Both the position numbers and the translations under genes were made by a program. Below are positions 1-8,426 of a stretch of DNA of 37,081 nucleotides, one piece after another. Within the stretch, counting starts at the first letter, position 1. Every line of letters starts with the position of its first letter. The notes beneath the pieces are model-generated. The model had not been told where the DNA came from and did no database searches. It saw only the letters and a program-made list of their open reading frames with translations. Source of the DNA: an uncultured Ardenticatenales bacterium (GTDB lineage: Bacteria > Chloroflexota > Anaerolineae > Ardenticatenales > JAADHH01); contig CAYWAK010000003.1 of NCBI GenBank assembly GCA_964455755.1, positions 1 through 37,081 on the forward strand, in the 5' to 3' direction.

Positions 1-108
1 AACAGGCCAACGACCTGCGCAAATCATTTCTGCCTGCCGGCGCCGCCCCCAGCGACAACAGCTCGGTTCCGGACAGCCGGCAACCAACATACGTAGGGGA
101 AAAGACCA

Positions 109-1776
109 ATGCCTAAAGAATCTGTCTCCATGGAACAGCACCTTCGACGTATCTCTTTCTTTAGCAACTTGCCCGACAAAACACTCAGCGCAATCCAAAG
201 CCACATGCAAATGCAGCGATACCCGAAAGGGAAAAAGGTGGTTGTGGAGGGCGATCTGGCAGATTCAATGTACCTGATTGAATCGGGACAAGTTCAGGTG
301 GTATCCGGCATAGGCGACGACCAACGAATTCTGGCTTATCTGGGACCCGGAAGTTTCTTCGGCGAAATGGCCCTCCTTCTTAGTGAGCGCCGGTCGGCAA
401 CTGTAGAAGTAGTCATTGACGCGGAACTCTGGGTATTGCTAAAATCCGACCTGGACAAACTCCTCCAGGAACACCCGTCTCTGGGCCTGACCATCAGCCG
501 CGAACTGAGTCGTCGCCTCCAGCAGACGATTCAACACCCCACACGGCGGAAGGAAATCCGCATCATTGCCGTTAGCGGAGCTTTCGGCAGCGAACTGGCC
601 AGATTCCTGTCGATACAGACCGCGGAAAACGTCCTTTGGTTCCCAACAAGTGATTCCGCACCAACCCTACACCCCGATACCCCCGGCGTTATTCCCTTCC
701 ACCCGCCGGATGACTTGACCGCCGAAAGTCTTCCCGAAGTCCTCAGCCAAGTTCTGCAAGATTACAGCCGAGTCTGCCTGGCCATAGATACGGAAGATAG
801 TCCACTCGCCCGCAAGGCCGTCGAGCTGGCCGAAGAAGTAATCCAGGTTGGCGAGGTACAAATTCCCTGGGTACAAGATATGGCCATTGACCGCTACCGG
901 GTGACCACCCTCGACCCGGTCAAGCTGGGGCGTATGGCCCGCCGCATCGCCGGCAGGCAGATCGGGTTGGCCCTCTCCAGCGGAAACGCCCGCGGAATCG
1001 CACACATCGGCATTCTGAAAGTCTTCGAAGAAGAGGGTATCCCCATTGATGTCTTGGCTGGAACAAGCGCCGGCTCATTGTTCGGAGCGCTATACGCCGC
1101 CGGCAAGAGTGTGGACGAAATCGCCGACTTTGCCCGCAACCTTCCGAAAATCACCAGCTACCGCTTTGGTCTCTGGGATTTCAGCATCCCCCCACGATCC
1201 AGCATTATTAAGGGAAATAAGACTCTGAATTATATCCGCGAGTTGCTCGGAAACAAAACCTTTGATGCCTTAGATATCCCCTTCTACGTCGTCTCCGCCG
1301 ACTATCATTGCGGGGAGGAAGTCGTGTTCCACGACGGGCCGGTGGCCGATGCCGTACGCGCCAGCATCTCCATCATCGGTCTATTCAAACCGATGCACCT
1401 GCAGGGGCGTCACTTCATTGATGGCGGCACCGTAAACCCTGTTCCTACCAGCATACTCTCTGACCACGGTGTGGAAACCATCATCGCCTCCAGCGTAATT
1501 CCGAACCTGGCAGAGCGACTGGAAAGACAAGACCTCCGTCGCCAGGGAAAGCTCCCTAACATCGTGGGCATTCTGATGGGCGCCATGGAAATCATGGAGA
1601 GCGAGATCATTCAATCGCGCATGGGCCCCGTGGATGTGCTCATCAAGCCGGAAGTGGCCGACCTGCACACCATGCAATACGAGAAGGCCGACGAGTTCAT
1701 CCGCCGGGGAGAAGAAGCAGCACGCAAGAACATCGCTGCCATAAAGACCCTGATAGCACCGAAGCCGCGGACATAG
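109..1776 (+). CDS. cyclic-nucleotide-binding (CAP_ED) domain fused to a patatin-like phospholipase
   Basis: 555-aa ORF. The N-terminus has a cNMP-binding signature (FFGEMALL...RSATV). The C-terminal half has patatin motifs: oxyanion region SSGNARG, nucleophile elbow GTSAGS, and the catalytic Asp in IDGGTVNPVP. ATG at 109; alternative ATG at 130. Confidence 0.85.
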   Translation: MPKESVSMEQHLRRISFFSNLPDKTLSAIQSHMQMQRYPKGKKVVVEGDLADSMYLIESGQVQVVSGIGDDQRILAYLGPGSFFGEMALLLSERRSATVEVVIDAELWVLLKSDLDKLLQEHPSLGLTISRELSRRLQQTIQHPTRRKEIRIIAVSGAFGSELARFLSIQTAENVLWFPTSDSAPTLHPDTPGVIPFHPPDDLTAESLPEVLSQVLQDYSRVCLAIDTEDSPLARKAVELAEEVIQVGEVQIPWVQDMAIDRYRVTTLDPVKLGRMARRIAGRQIGLALSSGNARGIAHIGILKVFEEEGIPIDVLAGTSAGSLFGALYAAGKSVDEIADFARNLPKITSYRFGLWDFSIPPRSSIIKGNKTLNYIRELLGNKTFDALDIPFYVVSADYHCGEEVVFHDGPVADAVRASISIIGLFKPMHLQGRHFIDGGTVNPVPTSILSDHGVETIIASSVIPNLAERLERQDLRRQGKLPNIVGILMGAMEIMESEIIQSRMGPVDVLIKPEVADLHTMQYEKADEFIRRGEEAARKNIAAIKTLIAPKPRT

Positions 1777-1917
1777 TCGTGGGACGTGGAGCGCTCTGAT
1801 AACGATCAATGATGAGCAGTACGTAAACCGTGAAGACGTGAAACGTTCCAACGCAACACCTGTTACGTGACAGTCGAGCATGAACGATTCGCTGATTTGC
1901 AGAACAGAGGAGACCGC

Positions 1918-2592
1918 ATGTCTACCATTCTCGTCGCGGACGACGAAGATAACATCTTTCAACTGGCCAAGCTATACCTGGGCAAGGAAGGCTTTCACGT
2001 ACTCCACGCTGCCGACGGGAAAGAAGCCCTGCAGCGCGTGGCCGATGACCGGCCCAACCTCTTGATCCTGGACATCATGCTGCCCGAAATGGACGGCTGG
2101 GACGTCTGCCGGCAACTGCGGCAAGAAAACAACGACATCCCTATCATCATGCTGACCGCACGAGACGATGACGTAGATAAAATCGTCGGACTGGAGCTGG
2201 GAGCGGACGACTATGTCACCAAACCCTTCAATCCGCGCGAACTGGTCGCCCGCGTAAAAGCCCTCCTGCGACGCGTGGATTCGAGACCCAAAGCCCCACC
2301 CGCTGTTGACCTGGGCGAGCTGCACCTGGACTCGGCACGACGGGAGGTACGCATTGATGATCAGCCGATATCCCTGCGCCCCAAAGAGTTCGACCTCCTT
2401 TGGGCTTTCGTCCAAAACCGGGGGCTGGTGCTCAGCCGCGATCAACTGCTCGATTCCGTATGGGGGTACGATTTCTATGGCGATACGCGCACCGTAGATG
2501 TCCACGTCGCCAGCCTCCGGGATAAACTCGCCAACAGCGGTGTCATTATCGAAACCGTTTGGGGCATTGGCTACAAACTTTCCACGGACTAA
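1918..2592 (+). CDS. OmpR/PhoB-family response regulator (receiver + winged-helix domain)
   Basis: Receiver motifs ILVADDE, LLILDIMLPEMDG and KPF; C-terminal winged helix (LRPKEFDLL...VWGIGYKL). The ORF track starts at 1867, but ATG 1918 (MSTILVADDE) follows GAGGAG at 1907-1912. Confidence 0.9.
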   Translation: MSTILVADDEDNIFQLAKLYLGKEGFHVLHAADGKEALQRVADDRPNLLILDIMLPEMDGWDVCRQLRQENNDIPIIMLTARDDDVDKIVGLELGADDYVTKPFNPRELVARVKALLRRVDSRPKAPPAVDLGELHLDSARREVRIDDQPISLRPKEFDLLWAFVQNRGLVLSRDQLLDSVWGYDFYGDTRTVDVHVASLRDKLANSGVIIETVWGIGYKLSTD

Positions 2593-2598
2593 GCCGCC

Positions 2599-4023
2599 AT
2601 GTTCCAAACCCTGCGCCACAAACTGATCGTCTCCTACGCCCTGATCGCTCTTCTTTCCCTGCTCCTCTCGGGCAGTGCCGCGGCATGGCTCCTGCAGAAC
2701 CGGCAGGAAGAATCGGCTGTGCGTAGTTTGCGCCTCCTGGCCCTTTCCGTTTCCGTGCGACTGCCTCAATTCACCCAGCGGCAAGTGACCCTCCCCATCC
2801 TACTGCCACAACTGCGCCAGGAGGCCGACGATGCCGGCGTACGGCTTGTGGTGCTCGCCACCAATGGAAAAGTGCTGGCCGATACCGATACCACTTCCAA
2901 TTTGGAAGGCGAACGCGTTTCCTCTGCCTTACGCACAGACCTGCCGCGCCCGGATGTGCGACGAAAACGGATAAAAGGGCAAGACCTGTTCTTCGTGGTC
3001 CTTCCCCTGATGGGCCGCGGCCGGCCGCCAACTCCAGATCAGCCAAGATTCGTTGCCCTTGTGGTGCCGGCCGCAGACCTCGTGGATACCTGGCTGGAAT
3101 TGGCCCCTTCGCTCTTGTTCGCTCTGGCGCTGACGCTGATCGTGTGCATCGCTATCGGGGGCATCCTGTCGCGGGCCATCACGCGCCCGCTGGAAGAAAT
3201 GACCCACGCATCGCAGGCAATCGCCGCCGGCGACTACGAACAGAAGATCGCTACGTCCGGCAATGACGAAGTGGGACGACTGGCCGCAGCCTTCAACCAC
3301 ATGGCCCTGGAAGTGTACCGCGCCCGGAAAACCCAACGCGATTTTCTTGCCAACGTCTCCCATGACTTGAAAACGCCCCTCACCTCGATCCAGGGATTCT
3401 CCCAGGCCCTGCTCGACGGCTCCGCCGATACCCCCGAAGAACGCAAGAAAGCGGCTCTCGTCATCCACCAGGAATCGGAGCGCATGACCCGGCTCGTCGG
3501 GGAATTGCTCGAGCTGTCCCGGCTGGAATCGGGGCAGATTCCCTTCAGGCAAGACCCGGTTGACGCCGGAAAGCGTTTGCAGCATTGCGCCGAGAAGTTT
3601 AGTCCGCAAGCAGAACAAGGTCATGTCGACTTGCACGTGGAAATACCAGCCACGGCCTTGGCCATTACCGGAGACGCAGACCGCCTCGATCAGGTACTGA
3701 CCAATCTCGTGGATAACGCCCTCCGCTACACGCCGGCCGGCGGCCGCGTGCAGTTGCGGGGAGACCGGGAACAGACGGCACAAAATGGAAACTGGATCGT
3801 GATCCGCGTAAGCGATACCGGCGAAGGAATCTCCCCGGAAGACCTGCCCCACGTCTTCGAACGATTTTACCGCGTAGACCGCGCACGTGCCAAAGGAGGC
3901 GGCACCGGTCTCGGACTGGCCATCGCCCGCGAAATCGTACAAACCATGGGGGGCTACATCGCTGCCCAAAGCCAATTGCACCAGGGCACAACCTTCACCG
4001 TTCGCCTGCCGGCGAAGGAATGA
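2599..4023 (+). CDS. sensor histidine kinase (2 TM + extracytoplasmic sensor, HAMP, HisKA, HATPase_c)
   Basis: 474 aa. Two hydrophobic segments flank a roughly 130-aa sensor region. H-box SHDLKTPLTSI, N-box LVDNALRYT, G-boxes DTGEGI and GTGLGLAIA. Starts 7 nt after the response regulator stop. Confidence 0.9.
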   Translation: MFQTLRHKLIVSYALIALLSLLLSGSAAAWLLQNRQEESAVRSLRLLALSVSVRLPQFTQRQVTLPILLPQLRQEADDAGVRLVVLATNGKVLADTDTTSNLEGERVSSALRTDLPRPDVRRKRIKGQDLFFVVLPLMGRGRPPTPDQPRFVALVVPAADLVDTWLELAPSLLFALALTLIVCIAIGGILSRAITRPLEEMTHASQAIAAGDYEQKIATSGNDEVGRLAAAFNHMALEVYRARKTQRDFLANVSHDLKTPLTSIQGFSQALLDGSADTPEERKKAALVIHQESERMTRLVGELLELSRLESGQIPFRQDPVDAGKRLQHCAEKFSPQAEQGHVDLHVEIPATALAITGDADRLDQVLTNLVDNALRYTPAGGRVQLRGDREQTAQNGNWIVIRVSDTGEGISPEDLPHVFERFYRVDRARAKGGGTGLGLAIAREIVQTMGGYIAAQSQLHQGTTFTVRLPAKE

Positions 4024-4071
4024 CGACCGGCGACTGTCTTCTGACCACTGACCTCTGCCTTCTGACGACTG

Positions 4072-5385
4072 ATGACTGACCACCGGCAACCGATCACATC
4101 CCTCTGCTTGCTGATCATCCTCCTCATTGCCGGCTGTACGGCCGCACAGCCCACCACCACGGCGGTCACGCGCACGCCGCGACCGACCTTCACGCCCCAA
4201 CCTATTTCCACGCCAACGCGCCCGCCCACCGCGACGCCAGCCCCTTCCCCCACACCGGAGAGCATCCCCCTTTCGGTCAACGAACCGGCGGGCGAAGCAG
4301 CGAAAATCCGCAGCTTTCAGGAAGAACTGGCCATCCAACGCGCCGCTACCGCGCGGGCAAAAATCGCCGCCACCGCGACCCCCGCAGCCATGCAAATCGC
4401 CGGCGCGGAGAGTGGGGGGAATGCCGTGTCCCCGTCACACGAACGGGGCGATCCGCTGGTGCTGGCAAACTATTTCGTCTGGTATGACGCGGAAGGGTGG
4501 GACGGCTGCAACATCAGCAACGGCGACCACCCGCAGACTCCGTACAGCTCGGACGATCCCGAAGCGATGCGCCGCCACGTCGGGCAGGCGCGCGCCGCCG
4601 GCGTGGACGGGTTCACCACGCAGTGGTTCGCGCCGGGGGAACGCACCGACCAGAATTTCGCCCGGCTGCTGGATGTCTCCCAGGGCCAGTCCTTCCACTC
4701 GACGGTCGTCTTCCTACGCCACATCTGGCCAGGCTCCCCCCGCCCGACGACCGCAAACGTCGCCGAGGCGCTGCGCTACATTCTGGATCGCTACGGCAGT
4801 CACGACAGCTTCTTGCGATGGAACGGGAAGCCGGTCATCTTCTTCGCCGACATCTACCGCGTACCACACGGCGCCGGACAGACGGCGCAACAAGCCTGGC
4901 AAGCGATCCGCCAGCAAGCCGACCCACAACATCAAAGTTTGTGGATTGCCGAAGGGCTTGACCCCTCCTATCTGGTCGTTTTCGACGGGCTGTACGTTTA
5001 CAAGGTCACGCATGCCGCTTACCCCGACGACTACCGCAAAGATTCGCGCTGGGGTCAGAGCGTGCGCGGGTGGGAAGAGCGCACCGGCCAGACCAAACTC
5101 TGGATCGCCACGCTCATGCCCGGCTGGGACGACCGGCGCGCCGGGTGCCGGCCCAATGTGCGCGTGCCCTCGCAGCCGCACAAACGCGACCGGGAAAACG
5201 GGGCCTTCTATCGGGCCACGTTCGACGCTGCCCTGCAGAGCAACCCCGATTGGCTGTGGATCAACAGCTTCAACGAATGGGTCGAGGGAACGTACATCGA
5301 GCCGAGCGCACAATACGGGGACCGCTACCTGCAAGAAACCAAGGAACTGATTTCGGCCTGGAAGCAAGCGAATCACGAGCCATAA
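4072..5385 (+). CDS. lipoprotein with Pro/Thr-rich linker and GH99-like (endo-alpha-mannosidase-like) domain
   Basis: Signal peptide with lipobox LIAGC (Cys22). Linker TPRPTFTPQPISTPTRPPTATPAPSPTPES. The catalytic-type region has NYFVWYD and NSFNEWVEGTYIEPS, resembling GH99-family signatures. Family assignment is from memory of the motifs only. Confidence 0.65.
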   Translation: MTDHRQPITSLCLLIILLIAGCTAAQPTTTAVTRTPRPTFTPQPISTPTRPPTATPAPSPTPESIPLSVNEPAGEAAKIRSFQEELAIQRAATARAKIAATATPAAMQIAGAESGGNAVSPSHERGDPLVLANYFVWYDAEGWDGCNISNGDHPQTPYSSDDPEAMRRHVGQARAAGVDGFTTQWFAPGERTDQNFARLLDVSQGQSFHSTVVFLRHIWPGSPRPTTANVAEALRYILDRYGSHDSFLRWNGKPVIFFADIYRVPHGAGQTAQQAWQAIRQQADPQHQSLWIAEGLDPSYLVVFDGLYVYKVTHAAYPDDYRKDSRWGQSVRGWEERTGQTKLWIATLMPGWDDRRAGCRPNVRVPSQPHKRDRENGAFYRATFDAALQSNPDWLWINSFNEWVEGTYIEPSAQYGDRYLQETKELISAWKQANHEP

Positions 5386-5484
5386 CCGGCGATCAGATTC
5401 GTTATTGCAAGGCGGGCCAGGCGTTTTACAAAACGTTTACAATTCGACCATACGCGCCTATTGGACTTTGGAAAACGATATCTC

Positions 5485-6780
5485 TCACCTGCGCCAGAAA
5501 GCCCATCTTCTCCCGGCCGGGCGTTGCCGCGCCAATTCCTGTGCCACGTCATCCAGAATCGCACGCTGTGCCGAAACGTCCGCGGAAACCTTCTCCGTCT
5601 CCACGAGCGACAGCCCGGGATAAGCAGAAAAGATCATGACGTGCAACGCATTCGGTTTGACCGTTTGCGCGAAGCGGGCCGTTTTGCGAACCGCCTCCTC
5701 CTTTTGGCCGGGCAGACCGATCATGACAAAGAGCCGCACCGTCAGGCCGATAGACCGCGCCTCCCGGACAACGTCTCGCGTGTGCGCCAGGTAGCGCTGC
5801 GCAGCCGGCTCGTCCGGCACACGACGCAGCGCCACGAGCAATTCGGCATCCGCCGTCTCTAGCCCCAGTTTGATCACACGGCAGCCGGCCTCCTTCATGG
5901 CCCGCAGCAAGGGGGCATCGAAATGCTCCGGGCGCGACTCGCATTCCCACGGCACCGCGAAACGCGCCTCCCGCAACGCGCGACAGAGCGCGACCACGCG
6001 TTCGCGCTCACGGGCAAAGACAGGGTCGCGAAAAATCAGGCGGGGAGGCCGGAATTGCGCAGCCAACCACCCCATCTCGTCGGCCACGCGGAGCGGATCG
6101 CGCCGCCGGAATCGCCGGCCCTGGGCGACCACGTAGGGACAGTAGCCACAAGAATCTGCACACCCCCGGCTGGCTTGCAGCGTGTAAAAGGGGTAGCCGG
6201 GGAGCAAATCCCAGGCCGGCCGGGGCAGAGAATCGAGAGACACGAGCCGCCCCGCATCATCGTAGCCGGAAACGCCAAGGTCTGCGGGCCACAGCGGGCC
6301 GTGTAGACTTTGGGGCGAATCAAAAACGGCATCCACCAGCCGGGGGAAGGCCAGTTCCGGTTCCCCCAAAAGGATGGCGCGCGTCGCACCCGTCGCCTCG
6401 ATCTCCTGCGCCATGAACCGCGTGGCCGGCCCGCAGGCGACCAGGGGTATAGCTGGCAACTGCGCGTGCAGCCGTTGCAGACAGGCCAGGTCGGCCTCCC
6501 GCGTGGCCGGGGAGACGAACACGCCGACCAGGGCCGGATCGTGTGCGGCTACGCGGGCAACCGTTTCGGGCAGGTCCACCCGTCCGGCGACGGCATCCAC
6601 GGCGACGACCGCCCGGCCGGTTTCCCGCACGGCTGCCGCTGTGACGGCCAGCGTCTGCGGCGGGTAGAAGAAGCCGTCCGAACCTGCACGCACCGCGCCC
6701 ATGCCGGCCGCCCCTTCCCGATTCGCGGTCGTGCCCGGCAAGCCGGGCGGGTTCAGCAAAAGGACCGTGCGCCTGCTCAC
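5485..6780 (-). CDS. B12-binding-domain radical SAM enzyme (class B-like)
   Basis: 431 aa. The N-terminal region (LLLNPP...) is typical of the cobalamin-binding Rossmann module. Radical SAM cluster motif CADSCGYC (CxxxCxxC). The GTG start overlaps the upstream stop (GTGA at 6777-6780). Confidence 0.8.
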   Translation of the reverse strand: MSRRTVLLLNPPGLPGTTANREGAAGMGAVRAGSDGFFYPPQTLAVTAAAVRETGRAVVAVDAVAGRVDLPETVARVAAHDPALVGVFVSPATREADLACLQRLHAQLPAIPLVACGPATRFMAQEIEATGATRAILLGEPELAFPRLVDAVFDSPQSLHGPLWPADLGVSGYDDAGRLVSLDSLPRPAWDLLPGYPFYTLQASRGCADSCGYCPYVVAQGRRFRRRDPLRVADEMGWLAAQFRPPRLIFRDPVFARERERVVALCRALREARFAVPWECESRPEHFDAPLLRAMKEAGCRVIKLGLETADAELLVALRRVPDEPAAQRYLAHTRDVVREARSIGLTVRLFVMIGLPGQKEEAVRKTARFAQTVKPNALHVMIFSAYPGLSLVETEKVSADVSAQRAILDDVAQELARQRPAGRRWAFWRR

Positions 6781-8426
6781 CCGCCGCCCCCCGCCGGCGC
6801 CAAACGAAAAACCAAGACACGGCCCTTGTTGCCCGCCTGATCGTAGACCGTCTCCAGTCCTTCCGGCGGGTGGGCCGTATCCAGCAGAAAACGGAGGTGC
6901 GGGCGCAGCACGGTCAGTTCTCGTTCATCTGCGACCAGGTAATCCGCGCCGTGTTGCCGGGCATACGCCAGATAACGGTCAAATTCGGCATGAGGCGAAG
7001 GCACCCAGGGGCGCTCTGCGTAGAGGGCCACAGCGATGTCGCGCGTCAGGATGACCGCTCCGTCCGGCGTGTTCTGGCGCAGCCATAAGCCGGCATCTTT
7101 GTGCCCAAAGTCTGTGTTTTGCAAGCCCTCTTGATAGGCAGCCGGTAGGGAAAGGAGCGAATATGCCAGCACGACGGCCACCGGCAGCAGCCAGATTCCC
7201 TGCCTCCTGCGCGCTCCACCAATCCAGACCGGCCAGGTCGCGCGCAATGTGGCCAGCAGCCAATCGCCAAAGGTCACCAGGCCGTGGGCCGACCAGATGA
7301 GCAGCACGACGAAAACCGGAGCGAAGAAGCGCAGCTCGATGTGGAACGGCAAGAACGTGACCAGCGGCAGCAAGCCAATCACCAACAAGGCCTCCCCACG
7401 CAGCCGGCGGCGCGACCAGGGATCGGTGAACCAGGCCAGAGCCAGGAAAGGCCACAGCAGGAGGGGAAAGGCCGTGCGCCCGATCAAGTCGCTGCGCAGG
7501 GTGTGGGCGTTGCGCGCCATCCGCCGGAGCAAGCCCGCCGGGTCTGCGGCAATAATCTGGGCGACGTTGCGGTCGAAGCGATGCGGTGAGAACCAGATGA
7601 TCTCTTTGCCGCCGGAGTCGAGGCCGGCGGTGACGCGGTCGTACTCGGCCGGGTCACGGTCTTGCACGGCCTGGCCGATGTCCCAGGTGACGGTCAGCTT
7701 GCCGCTAAGCGTCCACTGCCCCGTCTGCGCGTGGAGGTAGCCGAGGTATGGGGTCACCAGGAGGAGCGCAATGGTCACGTAGAACGCAGCACCACCGGCA
7801 GCCAGTCGCGCGTTTTGTGGCCGGTGGAAGTGTGCCGCCGCCAGCCACCAGAGCAAGCCGGCCACGAGAAAACTCACCGCTTCGGGACGTGTCAGGTAGG
7901 CCAGACCGAAAGCCGCGCCGGCCAGGCCCATCGCAGGCCACGATTGTCGTTCGTGCGCGGCCAAGAGCAAAGCCAACCCGCCGAAAATGAGCAGCAAATA
8001 AAGCGGCTCGGTCATCGTGCCCCAGTACAGGACGCTGATGGTGAGGGGAGGGAATATCGCCAGAAGGGCCACGGCCACCCATGCCGTGCGCCGCCCATAG
8101 ATCCGGCGGGAGAGTACCCAGACCGGCACGAGCAACAACGCACCGAAGAGCGCGTAGGCCAGGTCGCTGGCCCGCTCCAGGTTGTGGGTCGCCAGATTAA
8201 AGAAGCCGACAACGAGCGGGTAAAAGGGCGTATAATGAACCTCCGGCACCCATCCCGACGTAAAGCCCTGGCCGCTCCAAAGGTGTTGGCCGAGCAACAA
8301 GTAGTCCGGTTCGTCCCATTTCACCACACGTGGCAGGGCGAAGGTAAGGAACAGACGCAGGGCAAACAGGGTCACGACCGCAACGACAAGTCCTGTTTTG
8401 TCCCGATCAAGCGTCCGACTGTCCAT
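6777..8426 (-). CDS. polytopic GT-C-fold glycosyltransferase, PMT/ArnT (GT39/GT83)-like, paralog A1
   Basis: Many hydrophobic helices. First-loop acidic motif KWDEPDY, then AYLTRPEA, and a soluble C-terminal domain. Alignable along its whole length with 10091-11731. ATG 8424-8426 overlaps the upstream stop (TGATG); the ORF-track start at 8429 is TTG. Confidence 0.8.
   Translation of the reverse strand: MDSRTLDRDKTGLVVAVVTLFALRLFLTFALPRVVKWDEPDYLLLGQHLWSGQGFTSGWVPEVHYTPFYPLVVGFFNLATHNLERASDLAYALFGALLLVPVWVLSRRIYGRRTAWVAVALLAIFPPLTISVLYWGTMTEPLYLLLIFGGLALLLAAHERQSWPAMGLAGAAFGLAYLTRPEAVSFLVAGLLWWLAAAHFHRPQNARLAAGGAAFYVTIALLLVTPYLGYLHAQTGQWTLSGKLTVTWDIGQAVQDRDPAEYDRVTAGLDSGGKEIIWFSPHRFDRNVAQIIAADPAGLLRRMARNAHTLRSDLIGRTAFPLLLWPFLALAWFTDPWSRRRLRGEALLVIGLLPLVTFLPFHIELRFFAPVFVVLLIWSAHGLVTFGDWLLATLRATWPVWIGGARRRQGIWLLPVAVVLAYSLLSLPAAYQEGLQNTDFGHKDAGLWLRQNTPDGAVILTRDIAVALYAERPWVPSPHAEFDRYLAYARQHGADYLVADERELTVLRPHLRFLLDTAHPPEGLETVYDQAGNKGRVLVFRLAPAGGGG

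Noticed and set aside
1-116. Open frame running off the left edge (frame 3, stop at 114-116; frame 1 is also open to 94-96), possibly the 3' end of an upstream gene
   Set aside because: It is too short and lacks motifs, so neither frame nor product can be chosen. It is not reported as a feature.
109-1776. Interpretation of the cNMP-patatin protein as a CBASS-type antiphage effector
   Set aside because: There is no CD-NTase, cyclase, E1/E2/JAB or other defence gene adjacent. The neighbours are a two-component system and envelope genes.
4021-4080. CTGAC-rich low-complexity stretch (CTTCTGAC twice) between the kinase and the GH99-like gene
   Set aside because: It is short and imperfect, with no hairpin or known motif. 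It probably reflects local sequence bias around the stop and start codons.
2929-4395. 488-aa minus-strand ORF antisense to the histidine kinase gene
   Set aside because: It has Arg/Gly/Pro-rich, low-complexity composition typical of shadow ORFs in GC-rich DNA. It fully overlaps a kinase CDS that has all the catalytic motifs.
4127-5350. 407-aa plus-strand ORF in an alternative frame of the GH99-like gene
   Set aside because: It is an extremely Arg/Pro/Ser-rich translation with no motifs. The other frame gives a signal peptide, a lipobox and conserved glycosidase-like motifs.
5386-5484. Search for a bidirectional terminator between the convergent GH99-like and radical SAM genes
   Set aside because: Only a weak CGTTTT-AC-AAAACG palindrome with a 2-nt loop is present. 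There is no convincing stem-loop plus T-tract.
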